A stretch of DNA of 64,000 nt, from contig JANJGN010000152.1 of assembly GCA_026770705.1 (NCBI GenBank), positions 310,001 to 374,000 on the forward strand, given 5' to 3'. This stretch comes from Isurus oxyrinchus. Lineage: Eukaryota. Shown piece by piece: positions 24,300-39,040 of this stretch (the first letter of the stretch is position 1; the number at the start of each line of letters is the position of its first letter). Below the pieces are notes generated by a model. It saw nothing but the letters and a program-made list of their open reading frames with translations. It was not told the origin of the DNA and did not search any database. Made by a program: the position numbers and the translations under genes.

Positions 24300-24975
24300 A
24301 CCTGAAGCATTCACAGTGGAAAGGGAAACAAGGTGAATGTTTCAGCTCGTTGACATTTTATCCAAACTGGAAGAATTTAGAGATTCAATAGTTTAGCAGC
24401 AAGTACAGAGTTAGGAGAAAGAGAGGGGGAGAGGAGGGAAGAACATCTGGAGAGATTAAATGACAAAGTGATTCAAGACAAAAGTGTGTGATAATGAGAC
24501 AAGTAAATAAACTAATGGGGCAAAAGAAGAAACGAAAAACACGTCCAGAGTGGGTTCATATGGTAACAGCAGAACTATTACCAGCACCTACTGTCCGAAA
24601 AAATTGGAGCGTGGTTATGATCTGAAATTGTTGAAGTGACCACTGAGTCCATAAGGTTGTAAAGTGTCTAATCAAAAATGCTGTTCCTCGAGCTTCCATT
24701 GAGCTTCATTGGAACAGTGCAGGAGGCCAAGGACAGAGAGGTCAGAGAATGAACACGCTTGAACACTCAATGGTAATATTTCACAAAACAATTGCCCAAG
24801 CTGGCTTGAGTCTCCTCAGTGCAGAGGAGACCGCATTGTGCCCAGTGAAACCACAATAATGAATAGCAAAGAGTAGCATTCACTGTGTCACCTAGAAAGT
24901 GTGTTTGGGGCCCTGGAATGTGGGAAGGGAGGAGGTGAAAGGGTGAGTACTGCATCGGTTGTGCTTGCACTGTGA
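24300..24975 (-). mobile_element. Penelope-like element fragment
   Basis: Paralogous to 14690-15575 (CGLLCTEET; gagcttcattggaacagt motif). Confidence 0.65.
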
Positions 24976-26039
24976 TGTTCATAAGAACGCAACAAATAGG
25001 AGCAGAGGGAGACCATACAGCTATCTGAACCTGCTCCACCATTAAACGATCTTGCAGCTCAACTTCACTTTCTCACCCTATCCCCACATCCATTGAATTA
25101 CTTAATATGCAAAAAGTAATGGATTTGTATTTCAATATACTTAAGACCAAGAGTGATAGATTCAATACATTTTCATCTGGAAAATGTAAAGAAGAAGTGT
25201 ACATGAATTGCAACTGCTCCATATCATTGCTCGGCAATAATATTAACAACTTAACCTGGCCTCGTGTCACCACACTGAAATCCTGCCATTCTCAGACAGC
25301 TGTTCTTCATGTCATTATTGATGGATAAACAGCCCACTGTTTCACTGTAAGGTAACTTTGTAGGTGCTCCGTAGTGTTACAGACTAGCTCATTGGATCTG
25401 CTTATTCCATCCCATCTCATATTTAGCTAAGGCGGAAAATTAATAAAATAGTGAAACATGCAGTGATTTGTGGACAGTGGTGAGTTCGTTGCTCAGATAA
25501 GCTGAGGTCTCCATATTATAACATGCATTTAGAAGCGATGCAAGAAGTGAGCGATGGAGGCAATGCACGAAAGATTTATTGGACGAATGCTATAGCTTAC
25601 AGGTAATACCTGTCAAGAAATAGTGAACAGGCTGGAGATGTTTATTGTGGAAACGTGAGTGAGGAGTGACTTGATCAGGGAATTTAAATCGCATAAGTGT
25701 TTTTACAGGTTAGACAGCTAGAAGATGTTCCCACTTGTGCAAGGACGAAAATAAATACAACTTAGTAATGAATCTAATGCGCAGTTCAAGAGAAACCAGA
25801 GATAAAAACAGAAAATGCTGGAAATACTCAGCATATCTGGCAGTTTCTGGGGAATGAGAAACAGACTCAACGTCTGTGTAATGATGCAATGCAGTTCTAA
25901 GGAAAGGTCATAGACCTTAAATATAAACGATGTTTCCCTTTTTACAAACACAACACGTCTGCTTAGCGTTTCGATTCAACAATTTCGACTCTGGATGGCT
26001 GGATGTTTACCCAGCATTCTCAGTGGGGAAGAATGTGTC

Positions 26040-26420
26040 CTTTCCAGGCGAAAGGGAGCTTGCTGCGCAGGCGTACTACCGAGCTGGAAGTTGAGCATGC
26101 GCAATGCAGTCCCTGACTAGTCCATGCGCAGTGCGAGTTGTGCCTGGAGTTCGGCGAAGGGGACAAACAATCGAGTGCGGTTGAATAATGGAGCCACTGG
26201 GTGGGTGGAGAGGATTAGAACCATCGGAGTGGGCGGGGAGGATTCATAAACACCTGGTGGAGGCCTCAAACCCTCCACTACGAAGCTACCGATTCTGCAT
26301 TTGCGCGGGACGGGACGACAGCTGTTCGCCTGCTCTGGATCACAGGCCGCCATCTTTACCAGGGGCGAGGTGCAGTATGGCGCATGCGCGGTCATCCCTG
26401 TCAGCAGGAGGCTCTGTTGT
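26040..26420 (+). promoter_or_regulatory. CpG-rich ZNF promoter/first-exon module (NRF1-like and YY1-like motifs)
   Basis: GCATGCGCA, CATGCGCAGTGCGAG, GGCGCATGCGC and GCCGCCATCTT. Homologous to the minus-strand module at 36460-36930. Confidence 0.65.
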
Positions 26421-26585
26421 GAATTCCTATCTTGAACTGACCGGGATGGATTTTGAAAGCTCCTTTTACAGGGGGTTAGAAGGGGACGATTTAGACACAG
26501 CAAACTCAAACCTAGAGTAATGTTTGTCTCTTCTAAATTTCTATACTGGACTGACAATAAAAGTCTTTGCAAATTTATTTTACAG

Positions 26586-26733
26586 GGTTATTAGAAATGG
26601 AGGTTTGACAGACGGGAAACTCAAACCAAACGTCACATCCAGATGTGACAGTCACTCAATTCATCAGAACCTGAATATCATCAGCATCTGAATGTGGAGT
26701 GAAAGAGGTTTGTCTGTTCTGTCTGTAGAAAGG
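26586..26733 (+). pseudogene. Truncated C2H2 zinc-finger gene: leader and first half-finger only
   Basis: After acceptor tttacag| it reads LLEMEV*QTGNSNQTS...SLNSSEPEYHQHLNVE*KRFVCSVCRK. Paralogous to the start of the exon at 30047. Confidence 0.65.
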
Positions 26734-26989
26734 CACCAAGATGCAGAAACCCTGGTTAGCCCACACCTAGATAATACAAAAAAAAACTGCGAATGCTGGA
26801 AATCCAAAACAAAAACAGAATTACCTGAAAAAACTCAGCAGGTCTGGCAGCATCGGCAGAGATAATATGTTCAGTTTTGTGCAACAAATCTAAGGATAGA
26901 ATGGTCATGAAGAGAGTGTAGCACAGATTTACCTGATTGATAACTGAACGCCATGGGTTTAATTACAAAATGAGATGGCAGGGAAGACC

Positions 26990-27610
26990 CACAGAGTCAT
27001 TATGGCACAGAGGCCATTTGGCCCATTGAGCCCATGCCAGCTCTCCAGAGCAATCCAGTGAGACCTATTCCTCTGCTTGACATCCCTGTATCCTTGCAAG
27101 TTTATTTCCGTCAAGTGCCTATTCTCCCTCACATCCCCCTGTATCCCTTACCCAAAAATTTAAACCTGTGCCTCCTAGTCCTTGTACAATCAACTGATGG
27201 GAATAGATTTTCTTTGTCAATCTTATCTAAAGCTTATCTATCAATCTACCCTCCGCTCTTTGCTAGAACCATTCGGTTAAATCTCCTCTGCACCTTCTCA
27301 AGGACCTTTACATCTTTCCTGAAGTGTGGTGATCAGAACTGGACACAAATACTCGGGTTGTGGCCTAATCAGAGCCTAACAAAGATTCAGCATAACTTCC
27401 TTGCTTTTGTACTCAATAGCTCTATTTAAGAAGCCCAAGATTCCAAATACTTTGCCAACTGCTCTCTTAATCTATCCTGTCACCCTCAAAAAATCTCTGC
27501 ACATAAAGGGCCAGATCCCTCTGACTCGGTACACTGTTTCGACCTGTGCCATGAGGCCGCTATTGTCTTTCTCTCTCTATCCTTCCTGTCAAATTCCATC
27601 ACCTCGCTGT
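26990..27610 (-). mobile_element. CR1 LINE fragment, degenerate
   Basis: Reverse complement of CR1 3' ORF2/UTR motifs (gatcagaactggacacaaatactc). Confidence 0.7.
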
Positions 27611-27789
27611 GAGGGTTGTAATCCCTGAAATTTAGAAGATTAACAGGTGATTTGATTCAAGTTTTCAGGATATTAATTGGAGCTGACAGGGCAGACAGAG
27701 GAACTATTTCCACTGGTTGGGGAATCTAGGACGAGTGAGCGGAGTCCAAACATAGAATCAGGTTCCAGCACCTTTTCAGGTAGAGAGTT

Positions 27790-28135
27790 CCAGATCCTGA
27801 TACCTCTCTGTTGGTGCAGAAACTGCTCAACTCGATGTTGAGTTCTGAAGGTGGTAAAGTGCAGAATTGAAGAATGAGCTGCTGTTCCTCGAGCTCCCAT
27901 TGAGCTTCATTGGAACAGTTCAAGAGGCCAAGGACAGAGAGGGTCAGAGTGGGAGTGGGGCGGAGAATTAAAATGACAAGTGATGGGAAGTTCAGGGTCA
28001 ACCCACAAACTGAACAGAGGTTGTTCCACAAAGTGATCACCTAATCTGTTTTTCATCTTCCCTGTGTAGAGCAGACCAGATCGTCAGCAGTTACCACAGT
28101 AACTGAGCTGCAAGAAGTACAAGTAAATCACTGTT
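27790..28135 (-). mobile_element. Penelope-like element fragment
   Basis: Minus ORF LSVLGLLNCSNEAQWELEEQQLILQFCTLPPSELNIEL, the Penelope C-terminus. Confidence 0.75.
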
Positions 28136-28259
28136 TGTTTCATCTCAAAAACCTCAAACGTAACCTGAAGAAATATACTTCATTTGGTGATGAAAGGATA
28201 CAAGGTAAAGCAAACCGACTGCCAGAATATTAAATTTCACCCAAGCCATAAAGATTGTT

Positions 28260-29195
28260 CGGGTGTAGGATTCGTAAGTTTGCGGATGATACAAAGATTG
28301 GCCAGATGGTTAACAGTGAGGTTGAGTGTCTTGGGCGACAGGAAGATATAGACGGGATAGTCAAATGGGCAGCTAAGTGGCAGATGGAATTTAACCCTGA
28401 AAAGTGTGAGGTGATACACTTTGGAAGGAGTAATTTGATAAGAAAGTATTCAATGAATGGCATGACACCAGGAAGTTCTGAGGAACAAAGGGACCTCGGC
28501 GTGTGTGTCCATAGATCTCTGAAGGCGGAGGGGCATGTTAGTGACGTGGTGAAAAAGGCATATGGGACACTTGCCTTTATCAATCAAGGCATAGATTACA
28601 AAAGTAGGGAGGTCATGTTGGAGTTATATAGAACCTTGGTGAGGCCACAGGTGGAGTACTGTGTGCAGTTCTGGTCACCACATTATAGGAAGGATGTGAT
28701 TGCACTGGAGGGGGAGCAGAGGAGATTCACCAGGATGTTGCCTGGGATGAAACATTTAAGTTATGAAGAGTGGTTGGATAGACTTGGATTGTTTTTATTG
28801 GAGCAGAGAAGATTGAGGGATGACCTGATCGAGGTATACAAGATTATGAGGGGCATGGACAGGGTGGATAGGGAGCAGCTGTTCCCCTTAGTTGAAGGGT
28901 CAATCATGAGGGGACACAAGTTCAAGGTGAGGGGCAGGAGGTTTGGGGGGGATGTGAGGAAAAGCTTTTTTACCCAGAGGGTGGTGACAGTCTGGAATGC
29001 GCTGCCTGGGAGGGTGGTGGAGGTGGGTTGCCTCACATCCTTTAAAAAGTACCTGGATGAGCACTTGGCACATCATAACATTCAAGGCTATTGGCCAAGT
29101 GCTGGTAAATGGAATTAGGTAGGTAGGTCACGTGTTTCTCACTCATGCAGACTCGATGTGCTGAAAGGCCTCTTCTGCATTGTGTGATTCTGTGA
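28260..29195 (+). mobile_element. CR1 LINE, young 5'-truncated copy with an open 287-aa ORF2 C-terminus
   Basis: KFADDTKIG...WQMEFNPEKCEV...RPQVEYCVQFWSP...FFTQRVV. Same family as 17420 and 39040. Confidence 0.95.
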
Positions 29196-29199
29196 TCAG

Positions 29200-29720
29200 C
29201 AGAAATAAACCCCAATGTCAAAGTCAACATGGTTCAGTCCTCAATGTGATTAACAGCAGCAATAACAGCAGAATCCAACCCCTGCTGTCACTTGTCAACT
29301 CCCTGGTTGGCCTGCAGGTTAGATTAATGAGTGAAGCTCTTTTCACACACGGAGCAGGTGAACAGACCCTCCCCAGTATGAACTCGCTGGTGTTTCAGCA
29401 GATCCCTTGTGCTTTTGAATCTCTTCTTGCAGTCAGAACATTTAAACAGTCTCTTGTAAGTGTGCACTCCCTGCTGTGACTGAAAGTGTGATATAAATCC
29501 TTTCCCACACTCAGTGCAGGAGAACAGCCTCTACCCTGTGTGACTGTGGCATTGAGTTTCCAGATCTGACAGATAATTGAATTGCTTTCAAGATCCCTGC
29601 ATGGACACAGTTTCTCTCCAGTGTGATTGCACTTGTGTTTTAACAAAAGAGATGATCAGTGAAGCCTTGACTATGCACAGAACACATATCTGGTTTCTCC
29701 CTGCTGTAAATGGTGCTCTT
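29200..29720 (-). pseudogene. Degenerate C2H2 zinc-finger pseudogene (minus strand)
   Basis: Minus strand HTGE-linked fingers ([26 protein letters not shown]) with frameshifts. The 3' UTR is homologous to that of the 30047-31291 gene. Confidence 0.8.
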
Positions 29721-30046
29721 TGTGGGGCTGAAGCGAGTCACAGTCCCAGTGACCAGGAGAGAAAATAATTGACTCATTTATTTTATTCTCACTCTGCAGA
29801 CAGGAGCTGGAGAACTGAACCCAGCGAGAGGAGAGAGAGGGAGAAAACTGGGAGTGGAGGAAAGAAATGCTGGAGATGGTGACATGGGTTTGGATTTCAG
29901 CCCAGGGAGGAGGGAGAGTGTGTGGGGTGGGGACTTACAGCTTTGGGGGAACTAGGGAGGAAAAAATATTCCATAGAAACTAGAATTGTCTGCTCTGAAT
30001 TTCTATCCTGGACTGACAGGAATGACTTTGTAAACTCCTTTTCCAG

Positions 30047-31291
<1,245 letters not shown>

Positions 31292-32714
31292 TCTGCATTA
31301 TTTCAAACAAATAGTGTGTTGTGCCCTTGATTTCTCTAACAGTGACCTTAGTCCCACAGCATGTCTCCCACCTTCGATGTGTGAAGAGACCATCACACCT
31401 ATAAACCTGGTTTAAATTTAAATCTGAATCCACTCAGCAAATTAATTTAACAAAAGGTGAAGAGCAAACCGATCACATCAAATAATTGGCAAAAAGCCAG
31501 AGGGGAGATGAGAAAAGATGTTTTACTGAGCGAGTTGTGATTTGGAACACACTGCCTGAAAGGTGAACGCAGACTCTATAGGAGCTTTCAAAAGAGAATT
31601 GAATCTCTAGCTACAGGGCTCTGGGGAAAGGGCAGGGGAGTGGGACTAATTGGCAGCTCTTTCAAAGATGACCCGGCTCTTTATGCAGTTCTATATTGAC
31701 AAGTGACAGTCTGATGTCCAACTCCCCAAGAATAAGGAACAATCTTGGCTCTCTGAAAACCCCTTCAGCTCTTTGTAAGTGTCTTTCAAATGCTGACAGA
31801 TTCTTTCTTTCTTTTGAAATTCCATTTCCATGTTAGGGGATGCAGACAGTGCTGGACATAGAGGGAGCAGCAAACCTGGTTCAGAATGGACACGCTGGGT
31901 TCGTGTTTGGCCTGGCTTTCTGCTGAGCATGTGCTGGGGCCCCGTGGGCCTTCACTGCTCAGGGACATTTCTGAGTATGTCATAGGCACCATTAGATATA
32001 GGAGGAGGCCATTCAGCCCCTCAAACCTGCTCCACCAGTTAGGTCAGGGTTGATTTCTATCCGAACTCCATTGACCTGCCTTTTAAGATGATGTTGTCCC
32101 CTTGTTCTCAATTCCCCCACCAGAGGAAATAGCTTCTCTACTTCGACCCGATTGGCTCATCAAGCAGATTTTGATCATTTCCCCTTAATCCAGAACAACT
32201 GTATAAGTTTATCTTTACATTCCAGGAGCAGCAGTACTCCTGGAATTGTTTATCACAAGGAATTCACTACATCCGTGATCTGGCCCTGCTCAAACCATAA
32301 CCACAAGGATATCTGTGCATTACTCCAATTGTGAGCACAAGGCTGTGTCACTATCACACACAGATACCGTTTCCTTGGTTCACATCTCCATACAAAGACC
32401 AGCTCTTTACGCATATCCCCTTTCTACACAATTGCAGGAGACATGAGCAAGGATGTGAGGCTCATTAATATACACCCATATTTCATAACAGCAAAGGTTC
32501 CACTGGGACAAAGGTTCAGTCATTTTCCATCACAGGCACATACAGAGCAGTACATGAGCACACTGAAAGTTTAAGAGACTTTCATCAGCTTGCAGGCTCC
32601 TGTTAAATACAGAGCAGTACAGGAGCACATTGACAGTCTAACAGAGTCTCAACAGCCTGCAGGCTCCTCTCCAATACATTTACTGAGTGGATTTCAATTT
32701 AAACCAGGTTTTCA

Positions 32715-33262
32715 GATGTGATGCTCTAGTCACACATTGGTCGCCACATTACCAGAAGGATATGGAGGCGTTGGAAAGGGTGCAGAGGACGTTTACCAGG
32801 ATGCTGCCTGGTCTGGATGTTATTAGCTATGAGGAGGGGTTGGAGAAACTCGGATTGTTTTCACTAGAGCAACGGAGATTGAGGGATGACTTGATAGAAG
32901 TTTACAAAATTATGAGTGGCATGGACACAGTAGATAGTCAGAAGCTTTTTTCCCAGGTGGAAGAGTCAATTACTAGGGGACATAGATTTAAGGTGAAAGG
33001 AGTAAACTTTAGAGGAGATGTGTGGGGCAAGTTTTTTACGCAGAGGGTAGTGAGTGTCTGGAATTCGCTGCCAGAGGAGGTAGTGGAAACAGGTACGATA
33101 GTGGTGTTTAAGAGGCAGTTTGACAAATATATGAATAGGATGGGAATAGAGGGATACGGACACCAGAAATGCAAAATGTTTTAGTTGACAGGCAATGTGA
33201 TCGGCGCAGGCTTGGAGGGCCGAAGGGCCTGTTCCTGTGCTGTACTTTTCTTTGTTCTTTGA
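32715..33262 (+). mobile_element. CR1 LINE 3' fragment
   Basis: WSPHYQKDMEALERVQR..LGLFSLEQRRLR..FFTQRVV. Confidence 0.9.
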
Positions 33263-33524
33263 GATGCTATGGTACACACACTAAGTCCAGTAGCTGAACT
33301 AATTAACAGACTGAGTTTGGGTTTCCTGATCCAGTGCATGTTACTGATACCTTCCCTGGATCTCAAGGCTAAGACAGACACTCGGGAAGGTATGGGGAGC
33401 TGGGACTTGTCTATGAGAGTAACTGAAGGTCTGAGAACTGAAATAATCTAAAGTTAGAAAGGAGAAAAGGTTCAGTCCTGGACGTGATTCTTAGCAGCAA
33501 CAACTGATTCTAACTTTGTCAGTA

Positions 33525-35249
33525 ACATGTGAAGCCACTAATGTTTCAGCAGGCTGTAAGACTGAGTAAATCGCTTCTCACACACACAGCAGGTGAACAG
33601 TTTTTCTCCAGTGTGAACTCGCTGGTGTCTCAGCAGGTGGGATGAATCAATGAATCCTTTCCCACACTCAGAGCAGGTGAACAGCTTCTTCCCGCTGTGA
33701 GTACATTGATGCCTCAGCAGGCCAAACGAATGAGCGAATCCCTTCCCACACTCGGAACAGAGGAACGGCTCTCCCTGGTGAGGGTGCGTTGGTGTTTCAG
33801 CAGGTCATTGCTTCTTTTAAAGCTCTTTCTGCATTCAGAACATTGAAAAGGTCTCTTATCAGTGTGAACGCGTTGGTGTTCAGTGTAGTAGGACAACTGA
33901 GCAAATTTCTTGCTACACACAGAGCAGGTGAACAGCCTGTCCTCAGTGTGAGTGCGTCAGTGTCTCTGGAGGCTGGATGACTCAGTGAAACCCTTCCCAC
34001 ACACAGGGCATGTGAACCACCTCTCCCCAGTGTGAATAGTCCAGTGTCTCAGCAGGTGTTGTAAACAAGTAAATCTCTTCTTGCACACGGGGCAAAGGTA
34101 CGGCCTCTCCCCAGTGTGAACACGCTCGTGTATCACAAGGTGGGACAAACGAGGGAAACTCTTCCCACACATGGAACAGAGGAACGGCCTCTCCCCGGTG
34201 TGAACTCGCTGGTGCTTCAGCAGATAGCAGGATCGAGTGAATCCCTTCCCACACAGCGAGCAAGTGAATGGCTTCTCCCCAGTGTGCACCCACTGGTGCT
34301 TCAGCAGGTCAGCTGGCTGAACGAATCCCTTCCTACATGCGGAGGTGAACGGCCTCTCTCCAGTGTGAATACTCTCGTGTGTCAAAAGGTGTGAAAATCG
34401 AGTGAATGTCTTCCCACACACAGAGCAGAGGAATGGCCTCTCCCTGGTGTGAACACGCTTGTGTGTCAGAAGGTGAATTGAATGAGTGAATCTCTTCCCA
34501 CACACGGAGCAGGGGAACGGCCTCTCCCCAGTGTGAATGCACCGTTGTCTCAGCAAATTAATGCTTCTTTTGAAGGTCTTCTCACATTCAGTACATTTAA
34601 AAGGTCTCTTTTCTGAGTGGACCAATTGGTGCTCAGTGTAGTGGAAGGACTGAGCGAATCTCTTCCCACACTGGGAGCAGCTGAACGGCCTGTCCTTGGT
34701 GTGAACTTGCTGGTGCTCAGTGAGATGCACTGACTTGCTGAATGACTCCCCACATTGGGAGCAGCTGAATGGCCTCTCATGTGTGTGAAGGAGCTGGTGA
34801 TCCACGAGGCAGGAGGACAGCCTGAACCTCTTCCCACAGTGGGAGCAGCTGAACGGTCTCTCGTCAGTGTGAACTTGCTGGTGTTGGGCCAGTTCCTTGG
34901 AGATTTCAAAGCTTTTCTCAGAGTCAGAGTATTGAAGAGGATCCTCATAAATGTGATCAAGCTGGTGTGCCAGCCGGTTGGATGAACACATGAATTTCTT
35001 CCCATACACTGAGCAGGTGAACGGTCTCTCGCTATTGTGAGTTCGCTGTCGTGTCAGCATGTTTACCAGCTCCATCAATCCCTTCCTACAGGAGGAGCAG
35101 GTAAGCAGCCTCTCACCAGTTTCCAGCTGAGGCAGTCAATTAAATCCTTTCAGATGTATGAATCTTCAGATTCCAATGAACCGATTGACCCTGTCAGACG
35201 TGAGGTTTGGTTTGCTTTATCTGACTGCAAATCCTCCTCCTCTATTATC
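33525..35249 (-). pseudogene. KRAB-less tandem C2H2 zinc-finger gene, probably decaying (longest ORF 33957..35078, 373 aa, about 13 fingers; more fingers beyond a premature TGA)
   Basis: Minus acceptor tttacag| at 35250. HTGERPF-linked fingers, several with lost Cys/His (CSVYGK, QYSDSEK, FTSACRK). The array continues in frame past TGA 33959-33957, then has a frameshift near 33770 and a TAG near 33540. A truncated product cannot be excluded. Confidence 0.8.
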
Positions 35250-35739
35250 CTGTAAAGTAAGTTACATACAGGCCATTCAGTCTATCCAGTTTGTACTGGA
35301 GTTTCTAGTCCACACAAGTCTCCCCCATTCTGCCAATCCCATCTCAGGCTTTCAGCTCATCTTTCTAATCCCTTTTCTCCCATGTCCTCATCTAGTTTCC
35401 TTCTAAAAATATCTGTTATTTTTCTTGACCACATCCAGTAGTACTGAGTTCCACATTTTCATAGCTGTCTGAGGAACCATATATCTCCTGTGTTCTTCTT
35501 GGATTTATTTGTGTCTATTGTGTATTCATGACCCCCAGTATTGGTTAGACCTGCAAGTGGAAACATTCTGTCCACGTCTACCTGCCCAACATAATCAGAA
35601 TTTAAAGACCTAGTTGACAAACATATCTCTCGATTTGAGTTTGCTGTGTGTAAATCTTTCCCATTTAACCCCCGGAAAGGGAGTTTGCAAAATCCATCCC
35701 TGTCAGTCCAGGATAGGAATTCACCACATTCTCTCAGGT

Positions 35740-36460
35740 AAGCAAGTAGTTAGGAAAGCTAAAGAACGTTATTGTTTATTGTGAGGGAAATCGCATACAA
35801 AAGTAGGAAGGTTATGCTTCAGTTGTACGGGACACCCATGAGAGATCTTGTAGTGTAGAGTATTTGAAGAAGGATATATATGCATTAGAAGCAGTTCCGA
35901 GAAGGTTTACCAGATTAATATCAAGAATGGGCAGATTACCTTAAGAGGAAAGGTTGGACAGGCGAGGCTTGTGTCCACTGAAGTTTAGGAGAGTAAGAGG
36001 GGACTTGATTGAAACTTTTAAGATCCTGAGGGGAGGGTCTGATGAAGGGTCATACGGACTTGAAACATCAACTGTATCCCCCTCTACAGATGCTGTCAGA
36101 GCTGCTGAGTTTTTCCAGGTATTTTCATTTTTGTTCAAGATCTTGAGGGGCCTTGACAAGGTAGATGTGGAGAGGATGTTTCCTCTTGTGGGAGAATCTA
36201 GAATTAGGGGTCATTGATGAGGAGTTTTTTTCACTCAGAGGGTTGAGTCTTTGGAGCTCTCTTCCTCAAAAGGCGGTGGAAGCAGTCTTTTACTTTTAAG
36301 GCAGAGCTACATAGATTCCTAACAAGCAAAGTGGGTGGAAGGTTATCGGGGGTAGGCAGGAATGTGGGGTTTAGGTTACAATCAGTTCAGCCATTATCTT
36401 ATTGAATGGTGGAGCACGCTGGTGGGGACGAAAGGTCTGCTCCTCATTCACATGTTCCTA
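35740..36460 (+). mobile_element. CR1 LINE fragment in the ZNF intron, with a nested short Penelope-type piece (about 36035-36135)
   Basis: LKFRRVRGDLIETFKILRG..LDKVDVERMFPLVGESR, interrupted by tctgatgaagggtcatacggacttgaaac... Confidence 0.8.
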
Positions 36461-36930
36461 CAGCCAGAGACGGTGATGACAGCGCATGCGCCTTGCTACA
36501 AGTTGCCCCCTAGAAAGATGGTGACTGCGCATGCGTCCTGCTGCTCTTTGCCCCCGATAAAGGTGGACCCGTTACCCCGGGTTTCAAAACCGGGGAAGGG
36601 CCCATAGATGCCGCTCGGTGTAGCCGCAGGCCGATGGCCTCTTGGTTGGCATTTCTCGCCTACAATGGGTGTTTATGAAACCTTTCCGCCCACCCACGGC
36701 CCCTAATACCGCCACAGTGTGGTCTAAAACTCACCGCCTGAAAATGGAACAAACAAGCGTCCGTCCAATGACGTCACTCGCACTGCGCATGCTCCTAATC
36801 ACTGCCCGTCTGGTTGACGGCAGCTGCGGACCAATAGGAAGAGGGGGCGGGACTGTGTCGGAGACTAACCAATCGGAGTGAAAGAGGGGCGGGGCTAAGC
36901 CCAGATCTCCCTCATTGGCTGAAACTGCAT
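36460..36930 (-). promoter_or_regulatory. Promoter and non-coding first exon of the minus-strand ZNF gene
   Basis: CRE TGACGTCA at 36769-36776, several CCAAT boxes, GC boxes (GGGGCGGGGC about 36886-36895), NRF1-like GCGCATGCG, YY1-like AAGATGG, and a minus-strand donor caggcg|gtgagt at 36735/36734. Confidence 0.75.
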
Positions 36931-37669
36931 CATTTTGGAAGCTGATTTGTCTCAAACTCCAGGAGAAAACTGGACCTTTCCGTTTGTGGCTTTAAACAGA
37001 TGAAACCCTGTGGGTGTGAAGAACATTTCAACATTTTTTAGTGAACTGCGGTAACATGAGGATAAAAGCACAATCAATTCAAGGGCTGACTTAAAGCAAT
37101 AACTGGGCAGAGAGGGAATGTCACCTTCAGACCAAGGAGAGTCCCTGGTTTCAATAAATGAACTGGCAAGACAAGTTAGGACAGGTTAGGGATAAGGGTG
37201 ACTTTCAAAACAACACAGATTATAAAGAAACAACTGATCTCAAAGACAATCTCTGGCAGTGCTAACAGAAATTAACAATCAGACCTTAAGGGGTTAAAAG
37301 ATATGTAAAAGCAAATTACTGAGGATGCTGGAAGTCTGAAATAAAAATATAAGTGCTGGAAAAACTCAGCAGTTCTGGCAGCATCTGTGAAAAAAGAAAC
37401 AGAGTTAATGTTTTGAATCCAATATGACCCTTCTTCAGAACTGAATTAAATTATATATGTTTTCTATGTTAAATAATCAATTTAAAATCTGGAACTCGGA
37501 TAGGGATGTGGATTGGTTTTCGGTGGGAAGATCTGGATTAGTATCTTACTCCAGGAAGCCTTAAAGTCAGAGTGGCAGTTTTTCAGAACTGAATCCTGTG
37601 AGAGCAGCAATCCCATTGCTATCTGTTAGTAAGACCAATGAAAGTGTTTAAAGTGGAGACATTGGACAT

Positions 37670-38290
37670 TTTTTTATTCATTAATGGGATTTTAGCATTA
37701 AGTATTTATTGCCCATCCCTAACTGCCCTTGAAGAAGTGGTGGTGAGCCAACATATTGAACTGTTGCAGTCCATGTGGTGTAGGTACACCCACAGTGCTG
37801 TTAGGGAGGGAGTTCCAGGGTTTTGACCAAATGACAGTGAGGGAACGGTGGTATATTTCCAAATCAGGATGGTGAATGGCTTGGAGGGGAACTTCCAGGT
37901 GGTGGTATATCCATGCATCTGCTGCCCTTGTCCTAGGTAGTAGAAGTCACAGGCTTGGAAGGTGTTGTCAAAGGAGCCTTCGTGAGTTGCTGTGGTGCAT
38001 CTTGTAGATGGTACACATTGCTGCCATTGTGCATTGGTGGTGGACGGAGCGAATGTTGAAGGTGGTGGGTGGGCTATCAATCAAGCAGGCTGGAAGGTGT
38101 GGAAAATCTTGAATGTTTTTGGAGTTGCACTCATCCAGGGAAGTGGAGAGTATTCCATTACATTCCTGACTTGTGCCTTGTAGAATATGGACAGGCTTTG
38201 GGGAGACAGGAGGTGGGCTATTCTGCACAGAGTTCCCAGCCTCTGACCTGCTCTTGTCACCACTGTATTTATATGGCTAGTCCCGTTCAG
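37670..38290 (-). mobile_element. LINE 3' fragment of a second family (also at 8330-8530, 45780-46390, 60690-61070)
   Basis: YKAQVRNVMEYSPLPWMSA..TIYKMH motif. Its 3' tail is shared with the SINE family. Confidence 0.8.
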
Positions 38291-38859
38291 TTTCTGGAGG
38301 ATGATGCACACAAGGAAGCTGTGAACAATCTGAGGGTCATAGTGAGGGGAAAGAAAGGTATCTGGAAAACAACAGACTCTTAATGTTGTTCCAGGAGAAG
38401 TGAGGTCTGGTTGTGCAGATAAAAACAGAAAATGCTGGAAAAACTCAGCAAGTCTAGCAGCATCTGTGGAGAGAGAGGCAGAGTTAACGTTTTGAATCCA
38501 TATGACTTCTTCAAAGCATCATATGGACTCGAAACGTTTACTTTGTTTCTCTCTACACAGATTCTGCCAGCCCTGCTGAGTTTTTTCCAGCATTTTCTGT
38601 TTTTATTTCAGATTTTCAGCATCCGAGTATTTTGCTTTTATTTTACTGGTTGTGCAGATGTCAGGTTTTACACAGGACGTGGTCAGCCTGTGGTTTCACC
38701 CTGTATGAGGAATCCCTGAATGGTACCATTCAAATCGCTCGATGGAACATCATCTGCTTGGAGAGGATGGTTTGTGTTACAGCTAATGAGAAGCAGCACA
38801 CACAGGCACACAAACTCATACACATGCACACCCACATACTCAGACACACACACACACAC

Positions 38860-39040
38860 ATTTCGCTGATGTGTTGGAAGTTTAAATGACTGAGTGAATC
38901 CTTTCCGACACATGGAGCAGGTGAACAGCCTCAGCCCAGTGTGAACTGCCGCTGGAGATTGGATGAATCAGTGAATTCAATCTTATGATTGAACAGACAA
39001 ATGGCCTTTACGTAGTGTAAATGTCCTGGTGATTCATCAC
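38860..39040 (-). pseudogene. C2H2 zinc-finger fragment
   Basis: Minus strand VHTGLRLFTCSMCRKGFTQSFKLPTHQR. Truncated upstream by a CR1 insertion. Confidence 0.7.
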
